Origin: Nitrospiraceae bacterium
Lineage (GTDB): Bacteria > Nitrospirota > Nitrospiria > Nitrospirales > Nitrospiraceae
NCBI GenBank assembly: GCA_050246315.1
Contig: JBFWWG010000001.1
Location: forward strand, 448,001-512,000
Length of the DNA: 64,000 nucleotides
Reading direction: 5' to 3'
Each line of letters begins with the position of its first letter. Position 1 is the stretch's first letter. Positions 21,995 to 32,253 of the stretch are shown here, piece by piece. Under the pieces are notes generated by a model, which saw nothing but the letters and a program-made list of their open reading frames with translations, was not told where the DNA came from and did not search any database. Position numbers and translations under genes: made by a program.

Positions 21995-22768
21995 ATGAAG
22001 CTCGCCACGTTCAATGTCAATTCGCTACGAAAGCGGCTGCCGATCGTGCTGGAATGGCTGGAGGGACATCACCCGGATGTCCTCTGTCTGCAGGAGACCA
22101 AGGTTCAAGACAATGACTTTCCCTTGCTCGCGTTTGAGCGAACGGGCTATCACGTGACATTTCGTGGCATGAAGTCCTACAACGGGGTGGCGATCCTGAG
22201 CCGTTCAAAACCGGAGGAGGTGTTTCACGGGTTCCACGACGGAGACGAGCTTGATGACTCACGCCTGTTGCGCGTGGTCGTTGCTGGTCTGCCGATCGTG
22301 AATACCTACGTGCCGCAGGGGTTCGAGATCGATTCGCCTAAGTATCAATACAAGCTGGCGTGGTACGAACGCCTCCGGAAATATTTCGACACGTATCTCT
22401 CCCCCGATCAACCAGCCATCTGGTGTGGGGACATGAATGTCGCCCCGAGGCCAATCGATGTCCATAGCCCGGAAAAGCACCTGAAACATGTTTGCTATCA
22501 CGAGGCGGCGCGAAAAGCGTACGAGGAAACAGTCCGGTGGGGATTCGAGGACGTCTTTTGTAAGCTGCACCCGGATCTTAGGCGATATACGTTTTGGGAT
22601 TATCGGGCACCGAACTCACTGGAAGCCAACAAAGGTTGGAGAATCGATCATATCCTGGCGACTCAACCTTTAGCTGCACGCTGTCGGACGGTAGAGGTGG
22701 ACGTCGGGCCGAGGCGAGCGAAAGACCCATCAGACCATACGTTTCTCTGGGCGGAGTTTTCGATCTAA
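21995..22768 (+). CDS. xth: Exodeoxyribonuclease III
   Basis: ATFNVNS, LCLQETK, YNGVAILS, CGDMNVA, GWRIDH, PSDH. Confidence 0.96.
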   Translation: MKLATFNVNSLRKRLPIVLEWLEGHHPDVLCLQETKVQDNDFPLLAFERTGYHVTFRGMKSYNGVAILSRSKPEEVFHGFHDGDELDDSRLLRVVVAGLPIVNTYVPQGFEIDSPKYQYKLAWYERLRKYFDTYLSPDQPAIWCGDMNVAPRPIDVHSPEKHLKHVCYHEAARKAYEETVRWGFEDVFCKLHPDLRRYTFWDYRAPNSLEANKGWRIDHILATQPLAARCRTVEVDVGPRRAKDPSDHTFLWAEFSI

Positions 22769-22861
22769 CCTCGTGCGCGACGTCCACAATCTCATTGACC
22801 TCTAGAGACTTATCATCCGTCTGTCAGCCGGGACGGAACAACAGAGGGCAGGGAGGAGCTG

Positions 22862-23032
22862 TTACGCTGCCTTGCCCACCGGCTCCTTGCCCTGCTCCTG
22901 GAGGAGGCGGTTCCGTGTGATCAGCGCATCCTCGATGAGTCCGCAGTTGATACAACGCGAAATATAGGTCTCCGGAGAAAAATCAGGCCGCCATTCCTCT
23001 ACCATGAAGCCTTGGCATTTGCGACACCTCAT
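22862..23032 (-). CDS. Small zinc-ribbon protein
   Basis: MRCRKCQGFMV...CINCG; GGAGG RBS upstream of ATG 23032. Confidence 0.7.
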   Translation of the reverse strand: MRCRKCQGFMVEEWRPDFSPETYISRCINCGLIEDALITRNRLLQEQGKEPVGKAA

Positions 23033-23153
23033 CCTCCACCTCCTCTCCATCCTCATTGATCCGACCCGTCAGGATCAACTTCGCTGGCGAGATGGTAAGA
23101 CGGAAACATTAGTCGTCCATTAAGGCTAGGTTAGAAAGTGTTAATGTGCGGGC

Positions 23154-24467
23154 ATGGAAGAAAAAGTGCCGCAAAATCCATCTGATCTGATTGTCATTGG
23201 GGCAGGGGCCGCAGGGTTGTCCGGGGCTATTTTCACGGCAGAGGCCTTATCTGGAACGACTTGTCGCGTGGTGGTGTTGGATGGGGCCGCGATGATCGGG
23301 GCCAAGATTCTGGTCTCAGGTGGGGGGCGATGTAACGTCACCCATCGTGAGGTACATCCTGAGGACTTTCATGGGCCGCGCGTGTTGATCCGCAATGTGC
23401 TGGCTGCATTTCCCGTCCAAGCCACGATCGATTGGTTTGCCTCGCTCGGGGTTCCGTTGAAGCAGGAGGAAACAGGCAAGCTCTTTCCCGTCACTGATCG
23501 ATCCCGGACGGTCTTGGATGCGCTGGTTCGCCGGTGCCGCGACCTGGATGTCACCATTCTGGCCGGCCATCGAGTCCTTGAGGTCACGGACACTCAGTCG
23601 GATGGGTCGGTTGAACGGACCTTTCTCGTCCGGCACCAACGCGGAACGATACGGGCTCGATCTGTCCTCTTGGCGACAGGTGGGCGTTCTTTGCCGAGAA
23701 GTGGAAGCGATGGTTCCGGCTGGACGATCGCCCGTTCGTTCGGGCACAGCGTGACGCCCACCGCTCCAGCACTGGTGCCGCTGGTCTTGGCAGACACGTT
23801 TTTTCATCCGGCCCTATCCGGCGTTTCGATGATGGTCGAACTCGTGGTGCTTGTAAACGGTGCTCTGATCGATCGGCGGACCGGGAGTCTCCTCTGGACG
23901 CATTTCGGCATCAGTGGGCCGGTCGTGATGGATGCGAGCCGGTTCTATTCGCTCGCGAAGCAGGCCGGAGAGGCGGTGGAACTACGGTGCAGTTTAGTGC
24001 CGGGGGCCGATGCGCAGGCTGTGGACCGTGAATTGGTACGACGAATGAATTCCTCACCGCGGCTCTCTATCAAGAAACTTGTTGCTGCCTATGTGCCCGA
24101 GCGTGTGGCAGAGGCGCTCTGCACGCTGTGCAAGCTCGATACGATGACGACGGGCGGTCGGTTGACGAGAGAGCGTCGGACCGCGTTGGTCCAGGCGCTG
24201 ACGGGCTTGACGCTTCCTGTGGTGCGGGATCGAGGCTGGAACTTTGCGGAAGTCACCGCGGGCGGTGTCCCGCTCGTGGAAGTGAATTTCCGCACAATGG
24301 AATCCAAGCTGGTACCGGGACTGTATCTGGTCGGCGAACTGCTGGATTGCGATGGCCGAATCGGAGGGTTCAATTTTCAATGGGCCTGGGCCACGGGATT
24401 TATCGCCGGACGTGCGGCGGCGGCGGCTCTGACCGGCCGGAACCAGAAGAAGATGGGCGTGAACTGA
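23154..24467 (+). CDS. HI0933/BaiN-family flavoprotein
   Basis: IGAGAAG, KILVSGGGRCNVT, THFGISGP, GRIGGFNFQWAWATG. Confidence 0.92.
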   Translation: MEEKVPQNPSDLIVIGAGAAGLSGAIFTAEALSGTTCRVVVLDGAAMIGAKILVSGGGRCNVTHREVHPEDFHGPRVLIRNVLAAFPVQATIDWFASLGVPLKQEETGKLFPVTDRSRTVLDALVRRCRDLDVTILAGHRVLEVTDTQSDGSVERTFLVRHQRGTIRARSVLLATGGRSLPRSGSDGSGWTIARSFGHSVTPTAPALVPLVLADTFFHPALSGVSMMVELVVLVNGALIDRRTGSLLWTHFGISGPVVMDASRFYSLAKQAGEAVELRCSLVPGADAQAVDRELVRRMNSSPRLSIKKLVAAYVPERVAEALCTLCKLDTMTTGGRLTRERRTALVQALTGLTLPVVRDRGWNFAEVTAGGVPLVEVNFRTMESKLVPGLYLVGELLDCDGRIGGFNFQWAWATGFIAGRAAAAALTGRNQKKMGVN

Positions 24468-24894
24468 CGTCAGGTTCGAGGACCAACGTGCCGCTCATTC
24501 CAGGGTGGCCCTTACGCGCGCAGTAGAACACATGGGTTCCTGGAGGAGCCGTGATGCGGATGGACAGTCTGTCTCCCGGATTCAGGCGCCAGGGTCGATG
24601 GTTTCCACGCTCTGGCGGGTCAATGGCGAGTATTCTGGTCGATGTGCCTGTGAACAGTTGACTGTCGAACTCATGGACTTCGCGACCTTCGTTGACGAGC
24701 GTGAGGCTGACCGGGCTATCGCTGGCGAAGGTCAAGTGATCCGGGACAAAACGATTGTCTTGAACGGCGATGTGTACAGATTGCACACCCCGATCGCAGC
24801 CGGCCGGGAGGCAGGCCATCAGCAAGACAAATGGAGCCAACGGGCAATAGGAGGGACGGTTGCGGCGCAAGCCCGAATCCGTCGAAGGACCCAT
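24400..24894 (-). CDS. Cupredoxin-domain lipoprotein
   Basis: Lipobox PAGC; type-1 Cu ligand pattern H...C-ARKG-H-PG-M. Confidence 0.8.
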   Translation of the reverse strand: MGPSTDSGLRRNRPSYCPLAPFVLLMACLPAGCDRGVQSVHIAVQDNRFVPDHLTFASDSPVSLTLVNEGREVHEFDSQLFTGTSTRILAIDPPERGNHRPWRLNPGDRLSIRITAPPGTHVFYCARKGHPGMSGTLVLEPDVSSRPSSSGSGRSEPPPPHVRR

Positions 24895-25061
24895 GGCTGA
24901 CTTCTACCCTGTTTGACTTCCCGCCTCAAGAGGAGGCATGCGATGTGAGTCGCCGGGGTCGTTGGGTGTCGGGGCGACTGGATCGCGGTATTGGTTGATC
25001 TCGATGCTTCCCGCATCAAGCGGGCGGCGGGCTCTTCGGCTGATCGGCTTGTCGAGATCAT

Positions 25062-25088
25062 AGCAGGGTGTTGAAAATGTCCGCCCGC
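25062..25088. repeat. Possible solo arm of a dispersed inverted-repeat element
   Basis: AGCAGGGTGTTGAAAATGTCCGCCCGC resembles, from recollection, the terminal arm of a dispersed Nitrospira palindromic repeat; no partner arm in the window. Confidence 0.35.
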
Positions 25089-25289
25089 TTTGTTGGGGGT
25101 ACCCGTTGCTCCGAACATGCAGCGGGTGAAACGTCACGAATCGTCATGAATCATATGGGCCACCATGGGAGAGCAGGACCGCAGAGATCGGTTGTGGGAA
25201 TGGCGGAGAGGCTTTACCTGGAAAGGCGATCTGGTATCTTTACTATTTGGCTCGCGGGACCCCTGAATGAGCCGAAGGAACGTGTGGCG

Positions 25290-25466
25290 ATGCTCTGTGG
25301 ATGCGGCGGTGAGGTCACCGAAAGTTTCATGACCGAAGGGTGTGGCGAATCATGCAAGGCCTGCCGGCAGGTCGTGCAGGAGCGGTCGCAGCCCAAACCG
25401 ACTCGACGGACCGCAAGGCGGGAGCATCTTGAGATGAGTTCAACGATGATCGTGAACGGTTGGTAA
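25290..25466 (+). CDS. Small Cys-rich hypothetical protein
   Basis: MLCGCGG...CGESCKAC; AAGGA upstream. Confidence 0.4.
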   Translation: MLCGCGGEVTESFMTEGCGESCKACRQVVQERSQPKPTRRTARREHLEMSSTMIVNGW

Positions 25467-25514
25467 GAGCCCAATGGGCTCGCGACCTCGTGCGGGAATG
25501 ACCGGGAGTCTGTG

Positions 25515-26030
25515 ATGTCCAAGCCGCTGCGCTGCCCCCTGTGCGGCAAGAACGTGATCTTACGAGCCCAGACGCGCACGCTGTCTGAATCGTTCCTGAC
25601 CTGGCTTTTCATCGCTCCGTTCCGATGCCAGTCTTGTCATCATCGATTCTTCCGGCTCCGGTTGGGCGTTGAGTATCCGTCCAGCCTCATCGATCGTCGA
25701 GAACATCTCCGCATTCCCGTCCGACTGTTCCTGTCTTTCTCGGGAGGACGCATCAAAGGGGAGGGTTTTGTGACCGATATGTCCATGGGAGGCTGCATGA
25801 TCCAAAGCTCCACCCACGTCAAGGTGGACGACATCTTCTATCTTCATATCACCCTGCCCAATCAGGAGAAGTCTCTGGAACTGGCCGCGATCGTCCGATC
25901 CGTCACTTCGCGGGGGGTGTCCTTTCAGTTCTTGCGACAGGCGCAGGAAAGCAAATCCCTCCTCTCGTTCATTCAGGCGCAAGCACGTGGCGGCGGCTCG
26001 GGAACCTGCAAGACGGACCAGGCGGCTTAG
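25515..26030 (+). CDS. PilZ-domain protein with N-terminal zinc ribbon
   Basis: CPLCG...CQSC; PilZ motifs RREHLR and DMSMGG. Confidence 0.88.
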   Translation: MSKPLRCPLCGKNVILRAQTRTLSESFLTWLFIAPFRCQSCHHRFFRLRLGVEYPSSLIDRREHLRIPVRLFLSFSGGRIKGEGFVTDMSMGGCMIQSSTHVKVDDIFYLHITLPNQEKSLELAAIVRSVTSRGVSFQFLRQAQESKSLLSFIQAQARGGGSGTCKTDQAA

Positions 26031-26123
26031 CGCGGCCAGGGACGTACGGAGCACCGCAAGAGATCCAACAGGCTGCTGGAAGATCGTGGACGCTCCGCGC
26101 TCGTTTCGCTAAAATCCGCCTCG

Positions 26124-27731
26124 ATGACGGCCGATCCCGCACCCGCCGATTCACGCATGCCGGTTCAACAGGACAATCATTCGGTGGTGAAAGCCGCCGG
26201 GCTCATCGGTGTCGCTACCTTTTCGAGCCGAATTCTGGGCTTTCTCCGCGACATGGTATTGGCCCGTCTGTTCGGTGCGACCCCCGCTGCGGATGCATTC
26301 TTTATAGCCTACCGCATTCCGAATCTGCTCCGAGAACTCTTTGCGGAAGGGAGCATGTCGTCTGCATTCATCCCCGTGTTCACCGAGTATCACTCGCTCA
26401 GATCCAAGTCAGACGCTTGGGGACTCGCAAGCGCAGCTTTCACAACGCTCCTCACGCTTGTGACGGCTGTAACGATCGCCGGCATCGCGGCCTCTCCAGC
26501 ACTGGTCTGGCTGATCGCGCCTGGATTTCGAGATGATCCGGCTTCATTGGCCTTAACCACGCTTCTGACGCGCCTGATGTTTCCGTATCTGATCTTCATC
26601 AGCTTGGCGGCGCTGGCTATGGGGATTCTGAATTCGTTGCGTGCGTTCGCCGCTCCGGCCTTCTCGCCGGTGTGTTTCAACCTCGTTATCATTGCCTGTG
26701 CGGTATTCCTCTCCCCGCTGGTGGAGGAGCCGATTCTGGCCGTTGCGGCCGGGGTCGTGGCAGGCGGCGCCGCGCAGTTTGCCATGCAGATTCCGGGGCT
26801 GCGGCGGCGCGGCATGCTGTTCGGATGGCGGTTTGATCCGAGACACCCGGGGGTGCGCAAGATCGGGTGGCTCATGGTTCCCTCGCTGCTCGGATTGTCG
26901 GTCACGCAGATCAACATTACGGTCAGCACGATTATGGCGTCGTTTTTTCATGGCGGCCCCGCGTACCTCTTTTACGGGATGCGGTTGATCCAGTTTCCAC
27001 TCGGAATATTCGGTGTCGCACTTGCGACAGCGATTCTGCCGACGCTCTCGACACAGGCGTCTAAGGGAGCGCTGGACGAACTGCGGGCCACGATGGACTT
27101 CGGGCTGCGGTTGATCCTGTTCATCATCATTCCGGCCATGGTCGGCTTGATCCTGCTGCGCGTGCCGATTGTCCATCTGTTTTTTGAGCATGGGACGTTT
27201 CGAGCGGCCGATACGGTGGCCACTGCGACGGCGGTGCTCTGTTATGCGGTGGGGCTGTGGGCCTTTGCCGGTGTGCGGATCATTGTCGCGGCCTTTTACT
27301 CGCTCAAAGATACGACCACGCCGGCCGTGACGGCTGCGGCGGCAGTCGTGGCGAATCTGCTCTTCTCGCTGCTGTTGATGGGACCGTTGGAACATGCCGG
27401 CCTGGCCTTGGCGACGGCTCTAGCGTCGATGCTGAACGGAGCGGTACTGGTCTTCGTGTTACATCGACGACTTGGCGGGATGGCCTGGCTATCGGTACTA
27501 CGATCCGCCGGACGGTCCCTTCTCGCCACGATCCCAGTGGCCGTGGCCTGCCTGTGGATCGCTGGGTTGGCCGTCTGGCAGCGTCCCGAGGCCTGGATCG
27601 CAAAATCGATCATGCTGGCAGTCGGGATCGGCTTGAGCATCAGTGGGTATCTGGCGGTCCAGGCGCTCTTTCGGTCGGCGGAGTTGGACCTGCTGTGGGA
27701 GTTGGTGAAGAAAAAGACGACGCGGAGATGA
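26124..27731 (+). CDS. murJ: Lipid II flippase MurJ
   Basis: SRILGFLRD, YRIPNLLRELFAEG, RLIQFPLG. Confidence 0.96.
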   Translation: MTADPAPADSRMPVQQDNHSVVKAAGLIGVATFSSRILGFLRDMVLARLFGATPAADAFFIAYRIPNLLRELFAEGSMSSAFIPVFTEYHSLRSKSDAWGLASAAFTTLLTLVTAVTIAGIAASPALVWLIAPGFRDDPASLALTTLLTRLMFPYLIFISLAALAMGILNSLRAFAAPAFSPVCFNLVIIACAVFLSPLVEEPILAVAAGVVAGGAAQFAMQIPGLRRRGMLFGWRFDPRHPGVRKIGWLMVPSLLGLSVTQINITVSTIMASFFHGGPAYLFYGMRLIQFPLGIFGVALATAILPTLSTQASKGALDELRATMDFGLRLILFIIIPAMVGLILLRVPIVHLFFEHGTFRAADTVATATAVLCYAVGLWAFAGVRIIVAAFYSLKDTTTPAVTAAAAVVANLLFSLLLMGPLEHAGLALATALASMLNGAVLVFVLHRRLGGMAWLSVLRSAGRSLLATIPVAVACLWIAGLAVWQRPEAWIAKSIMLAVGIGLSISGYLAVQALFRSAELDLLWELVKKKTTRR

Positions 27732-28288
27732 ACAAGGTCATACCGGCCGTTTCTCGGACGTTCGAGTCCCGCTGGGGATGGGCAGGCGTGGCGGCAACCG
27801 ATCAGGGACTCTGCCTGGTCATCCTGCCTCGCCGGTCCAGAGAGGAGGCTCAGCGCGCCCTTGTGCGGGAGTTGCGCCAGGGAGGGTTTGCAGAAGAGTT
27901 CCCGAAGGCGGATGCCCGACGATCGGGCGCCGAACGCTCGGCGAAGGAGGCGGTCGAACAGGTGAGACGGTATTTGAATGGGACCGCTCGAACCATCGAT
28001 CTTCGCCTGGATCTTCGAAAGGGGACACCGTTTCAACAGAAAGTCTGGCGCCTCGCCACCGAGATTCCCTACGGGTGCGTCCGCTCCTATGGATGGCTGG
28101 CGGCCCGGCTCGGTGGGCGACGGTATGCTAGGGCGGTCGGCATGGCATTGGGGGCGAACCCCGTGCCCCTCATCGTGCCCTGCCACCGCATCGTCTCACA
28201 TGACGGGTCCTTGGGAGGGTTTTCCGGAGGCCTGCCGATCAAGCGAAAACTTCTTGCGCTCGAAGGATCGTTGGCGCAGGTGCATTGA
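27728..28288 (+). CDS. ogt: Methylated-DNA-protein-cysteine methyltransferase
   Basis: GTPFQQKVW, IPYG, ARAVG, NPVPLIVPCHR; ATG 27728 overlaps the murJ stop. Confidence 0.92.
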   Translation: MNKVIPAVSRTFESRWGWAGVAATDQGLCLVILPRRSREEAQRALVRELRQGGFAEEFPKADARRSGAERSAKEAVEQVRRYLNGTARTIDLRLDLRKGTPFQQKVWRLATEIPYGCVRSYGWLAARLGGRRYARAVGMALGANPVPLIVPCHRIVSHDGSLGGFSGGLPIKRKLLALEGSLAQVH

Positions 28289-28320
28289 TCGGGAACGATG
28301 CATCGGTTGACGCCTTTACC

Positions 28321-28818
28321 ATGAAAGCGGTCATTCAGCGCGTGACAAGCGCTTCCGTTTCGGTCGATGGCGAGCAGATCGGCTCCATCGGCCATGGATT
28401 GGTGCTGTTGCTTGGCATCGCCAAAGGAGATATCGGGCAGGATCTCGATTATGTGGTCGATCGGGTCGTCAATTTGCGGATATTCTCCGACGCAGCCGGC
28501 AGGATGAACCGCTCCCTGTTGGACGTGCAGGGGGCTCTGTTGGTGATCTCCCAGTTCACGCTGCTGGGTAGCACCAGCGGAGGACGCAGGCCCGGCTTTG
28601 AGCAGGCCGCGCCTCCCGATGAGGCTCGGAAGCTGTATGAGCAGGTGATAGAACGGTTACACGCTTTCGTGCCTCGGGTCGAGAACGGCCGATTCGGCGC
28701 GCATATGGTTGTGACCTTGAGCAATGACGGTCCGGTCACCTTTGCGCTGGATAGTCGGGATCGCCGACCAGGGACTCAAGCGTCCCATCAAGAGGCCGAT
28801 ACAGCAGATAGCAGCTAA
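28321..28818 (+). CDS. dtd: D-aminoacyl-tRNA deacylase
   Basis: MKAVIQRV, SQFTL, FGAHM, NDGPVT. Confidence 0.95.
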   Translation: MKAVIQRVTSASVSVDGEQIGSIGHGLVLLLGIAKGDIGQDLDYVVDRVVNLRIFSDAAGRMNRSLLDVQGALLVISQFTLLGSTSGGRRPGFEQAAPPDEARKLYEQVIERLHAFVPRVENGRFGAHMVVTLSNDGPVTFALDSRDRRPGTQASHQEADTADSS

Positions 28819-28892
28819 CGAAACAGGAGCCACGGCTGGCCGATCTTTGCTATACTTCAGACGACGGAACCGGAGGTCAATCGGAGGCTCGC

Positions 28893-29459
28893 ATGGGGCT
28901 TCGCATTCCCGACCATCATCCGTTACGCCAATTGTTCGGAGCCCTCACCGAACGCAGCTTTGCGGACAAGCTCGGCTGGACGGATCTGACCGTAACCGAG
29001 TATGTGTCCAATCTCCTGGTCGATTTCGCACACGTGGACGGACTGTATAAGATTCGTGACGCCCGCAACCAACGGGTGGAGACGGTCGTCGAACTCCTGT
29101 ATGAATCGGAGATCTTGCTCGCCGCGCAATCCTTCGACCGAGAATGTGAAGTGCATCGGCAGATCGGCGATTTCACGTTGTTCATGGCCGGCTTGTTTCC
29201 AGAATATCTCAAGCGGCTCAAGACGGCCGGCCAGATCCACCATCCGGATTTTCTTGTGGATTACGTCAAGACCGGAAAGCGATCCTACGGGATCGTGGCG
29301 CAATCATTGGCGGTTGAATCCGAGCCGACCTCGCCGGTCTTTCGCAGCCTCTCCGAGAATTTCGAGTGGTGCGTCACGGGTCTAGGGTTTGTGCGAACCG
29401 ATCTCGAACGTCTGCAGGATCCATCCTACCGACGCGCCAAAGATATCCTCCTGAATTGA
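28893..29459 (+). CDS. Conserved hypothetical protein
   Basis: Well-formed ORF with RBS; HRQIGDFTLFMAGLFPE motif. Confidence 0.75.
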   Translation: MGLRIPDHHPLRQLFGALTERSFADKLGWTDLTVTEYVSNLLVDFAHVDGLYKIRDARNQRVETVVELLYESEILLAAQSFDRECEVHRQIGDFTLFMAGLFPEYLKRLKTAGQIHHPDFLVDYVKTGKRSYGIVAQSLAVESEPTSPVFRSLSENFEWCVTGLGFVRTDLERLQDPSYRRAKDILLN

Positions 29460-30397
29460 ACGAACACCGTCCGATTTTGCTGATCCATGGAGGGGCCGGA
29501 ACCCGCGCCCTCTCGCGCGCGCAACGGCGCTGGCTCGAACAGGCGCTCGTGGAAGGGCACAGCACGCTTCGGCGGGGTGCTGCGGCTCTCGACGCGGTGG
29601 AGACCAGCATCCGGATCCTCGAGGGATCAGGGGTCTTTAACGCCGGTCTGGGTTCCAACCACCAATTGGACGGTGAGACGCGAATGGATGCCTCGATTAT
29701 GGAGGGGCTGACGCTTCGCGCTGGAGCGGTCGCATCGATTGAGGATGTGGCGCACCCCATTGCTGCGGCGCATCTGGTGCTCAAAGAGACCGCGCATGTG
29801 CTGCTGGTCGGCCCACCAGCGACGGAGTTGGCCCGGTATTTCAAGCTGGCGCAGCGGCCGCTTGCGCTCGAACAGGCTCGCAGGCGATCGAGACGGAGAC
29901 CACTGACTGAACGTGCCCTGCGAACCGCCAAACTCTTTGAGGCCATGTCGAGGGCCAACCTCGGATTGAGGGAGAGGCACGGGCGCGAGACGGTTGGGGC
30001 CGTCGCACTCGACCGTGGTGGGACCCTTGCCGCAGGGGCGTCGACAGGAGGGATCGATCTCATGTTGCCGGGCCGCGTCGGCGATACCCCCTTGATCGGG
30101 TGCGGGATTTATGCGGACAATTGGGCCGGGGCCGTCTCGATGACCGGGTGGGGGGAAAGTATTATGAGGGTGGCGGTCGCGAAGGCCATCGTGGACTGGA
30201 TGAGCAGCGGCGCCAATCCCGGCAAGGCTGCCCGAGCCGTGTTGACCCAACTGACTACACGTATAAGGGGCGAGGCTGGCGCGTTAGTACTGGCGCCGGA
30301 TGGCAGGTTCGCGATCAGGCACACGACTCCCCGGATGGCCGCAGGCTACTGGGATGGCCGAGGTAAACCGGTCATTCGGGATCGGTTCGAGAAGTGA
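29456..30397 (+). CDS. Isoaspartyl peptidase / L-asparaginase (Ntn hydrolase)
   Basis: IHGGAG, FNAGLG, MDASIM, ETVGAVA (Thr nucleophile), GRVGDTP. Confidence 0.92.
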   Translation: MNEHRPILLIHGGAGTRALSRAQRRWLEQALVEGHSTLRRGAAALDAVETSIRILEGSGVFNAGLGSNHQLDGETRMDASIMEGLTLRAGAVASIEDVAHPIAAAHLVLKETAHVLLVGPPATELARYFKLAQRPLALEQARRRSRRRPLTERALRTAKLFEAMSRANLGLRERHGRETVGAVALDRGGTLAAGASTGGIDLMLPGRVGDTPLIGCGIYADNWAGAVSMTGWGESIMRVAVAKAIVDWMSSGANPGKAARAVLTQLTTRIRGEAGALVLAPDGRFAIRHTTPRMAAGYWDGRGKPVIRDRFEK

Positions 30398-30400
30398 ACG

Positions 30401-30832
30401 ATGGAGCGCATCCTCTTTCATCTGGCGTTTCCTGTCACGGACATCGAATCCACGAAGCAGTTCTATGTGGATGGTCTGGGCTGTACCCTGGGCCGGGAAT
30501 CCGCATCCGCCCTCACCTTGGGGCTCTACGGGCACCAACTGGTTGGACATCTCATCAAGGAGTCGATCCCGGCACAGAAGGGCATTTACCCTCGCCATTT
30601 TGGGCTGGTGTTTACCGAGCAGTCGGATTGGCAGGCGCTGGCCGACCGAGCGAAGCGCAAGGGCCTGACGTTCTACCAACAGCCACGTGTGCGCTATCCC
30701 GCGACTAGGATCGAGCACCGAACGTTTTTCCTTGAAGATCCATCCGGCAATCTGCTCGAATTTAAGCACTATACCCACGAATCAGCCATCTTCGGCGAGC
30801 GAGACCATGCAAAAGTGGGTGATACGGATTAG
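30401..30832 (+). CDS. VOC/glyoxalase family protein
   Basis: FHLAFPV, PRHFGLVF, FFLEDPSGNLLEFK. Confidence 0.9.
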   Translation: MERILFHLAFPVTDIESTKQFYVDGLGCTLGRESASALTLGLYGHQLVGHLIKESIPAQKGIYPRHFGLVFTEQSDWQALADRAKRKGLTFYQQPRVRYPATRIEHRTFFLEDPSGNLLEFKHYTHESAIFGERDHAKVGDTD

Positions 30833-30866
30833 CGTCCGGCCAGTGTGGTTTCACGGCGGATCCCGA

Positions 30867-31610
30867 TTACGAAGACGACGTCGTCGATACGCGAGTTCGC
30901 ACCTTGTCCATGTTGCGGAGGATTGTCCGCTGGCGGGCCGCCACGTGGCGGGTGATCCGGAGCGGGTCATAGCGGCGCGGAGACGGGAGGATTGCGGCCA
31001 AGGTGGCGGCTTCTTCCTCCGTCAATTCTAGCGCGCTCTTGTGAAAATGATGCTGAGCCGCCGCTTCGGCTCCGTACACCCCCCGGCCCCATTCCGCGAC
31101 ATTGAGGTAGAGCTCCAGGATTCGACGTTTTGACAGATGATGCTCCAGACTCCGGGTAATGAGCGCCTCGCGAGCCTTGCGGAGGAGAGACCGTTCCGAT
31201 GAAAGGTAAAGATTTTTGGCGAGCTGCTGGGTGATGGTGCTGCCGCCATGGACGACCTTTCCGGCCTCGAGATTCTTGATCGCCGCCTCCCTGACGCCCT
31301 CCCAATCGAACCCTTCGTGAGAGAAGAACTGGGCGTCCTCCGCGGCAATGACCGCGCGCTGAAGATGCGTCGAGATGCGGGCCAGGGGCACCCAGGTCCA
31401 GCGTGGGACCGAGTGTTGCCCGGCCGCTCTGGCCTGCGCCGACCGCGCATCCATCAGTGCCGTGGTATGGGGATTCGCCGTCCTCAAGGCCGTCACATCG
31501 GGAATCGTGATCAGCCAGTAGAAGCCGACCAGGGTGGTCGCGATCAGCGCCGCCAGCGCCGCCGTGCCGAGGAGGCGACCGGTCGACCATCTTCCCGTTG
31601 ACTTCGCCAT
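30867..31610 (-). CDS. mtgA: Monofunctional peptidoglycan transglycosylase
   Basis: AAEDAQFFSHEGFD, GGSTITQQLAKNL, RKAREA, LYLNVAEWG. Confidence 0.93.
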   Translation of the reverse strand: MAKSTGRWSTGRLLGTAALAALIATTLVGFYWLITIPDVTALRTANPHTTALMDARSAQARAAGQHSVPRWTWVPLARISTHLQRAVIAAEDAQFFSHEGFDWEGVREAAIKNLEAGKVVHGGSTITQQLAKNLYLSSERSLLRKAREALITRSLEHHLSKRRILELYLNVAEWGRGVYGAEAAAQHHFHKSALELTEEEAATLAAILPSPRRYDPLRITRHVAARQRTILRNMDKVRTRVSTTSSS

Positions 31611-31650
31611 GCCCGGATGTTACGGGGTGAAGAGCTGGGAGAAGGATCTC

Positions 31651-32253
31651 ATGCGCATCGTCGGGGCAGAGTTTACCAGAAGTTGTGTCGCGGTCGAACA
31701 ATTTCCCGCGGATCAGGGCGTCGAGTTTGCGATCGTCGGCCGGTCCAATGTCGGGAAATCCTCGCTGATTAATCGCCTGGTCCAACAGAAACGACTGGCC
31801 CACGTCAGCCGAACGCCGGGGAAGACCCAGGCGGTGAACTTCTTCGACCTGCAGACCACCGATCGGGCGTTCTCACCATTCCGCATGGTCGACCTCCCCG
31901 GATACGGCTATGCTCGAGTATCGAAGGCACTGCGCGCTCAGTGGGGGCCGCTGATCCATCGGTATCTACACGAACGCCGGTCGCTGGCCTGCCTCCTGTT
32001 CCTGATCGACGCCCGCGGCAGCGAGCCGACGGACGTCGCAACCTTCGAATGGCTGCGAAGCGTGAACCTTCCCGTGATCGTCGTCCTGACGAAAATCGAC
32101 AAGCTGAAGCGAGGGGAGCGACGGGCCTGCGAGGAGGCTGTCCGCGAAACTTTTGCATTGACCGGCGCCGATCCGGTGATCCTGTGGTCATCTGTCACGG
32201 GGGAAGGGCGGATCGGTCTCTGGCAGGCGATCTGCGAGAAGGTCAGAACTTGA
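31651..32253 (+). CDS. engB: Ribosome biogenesis GTPase YihA/YsxC
   Basis: GRSNVGKSSLIN, SRTPGKT, DLPGYGYA, TKIDK. Confidence 0.94.
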   Translation: MRIVGAEFTRSCVAVEQFPADQGVEFAIVGRSNVGKSSLINRLVQQKRLAHVSRTPGKTQAVNFFDLQTTDRAFSPFRMVDLPGYGYARVSKALRAQWGPLIHRYLHERRSLACLLFLIDARGSEPTDVATFEWLRSVNLPVIVVLTKIDKLKRGERRACEEAVRETFALTGADPVILWSSVTGEGRIGLWQAICEKVRT

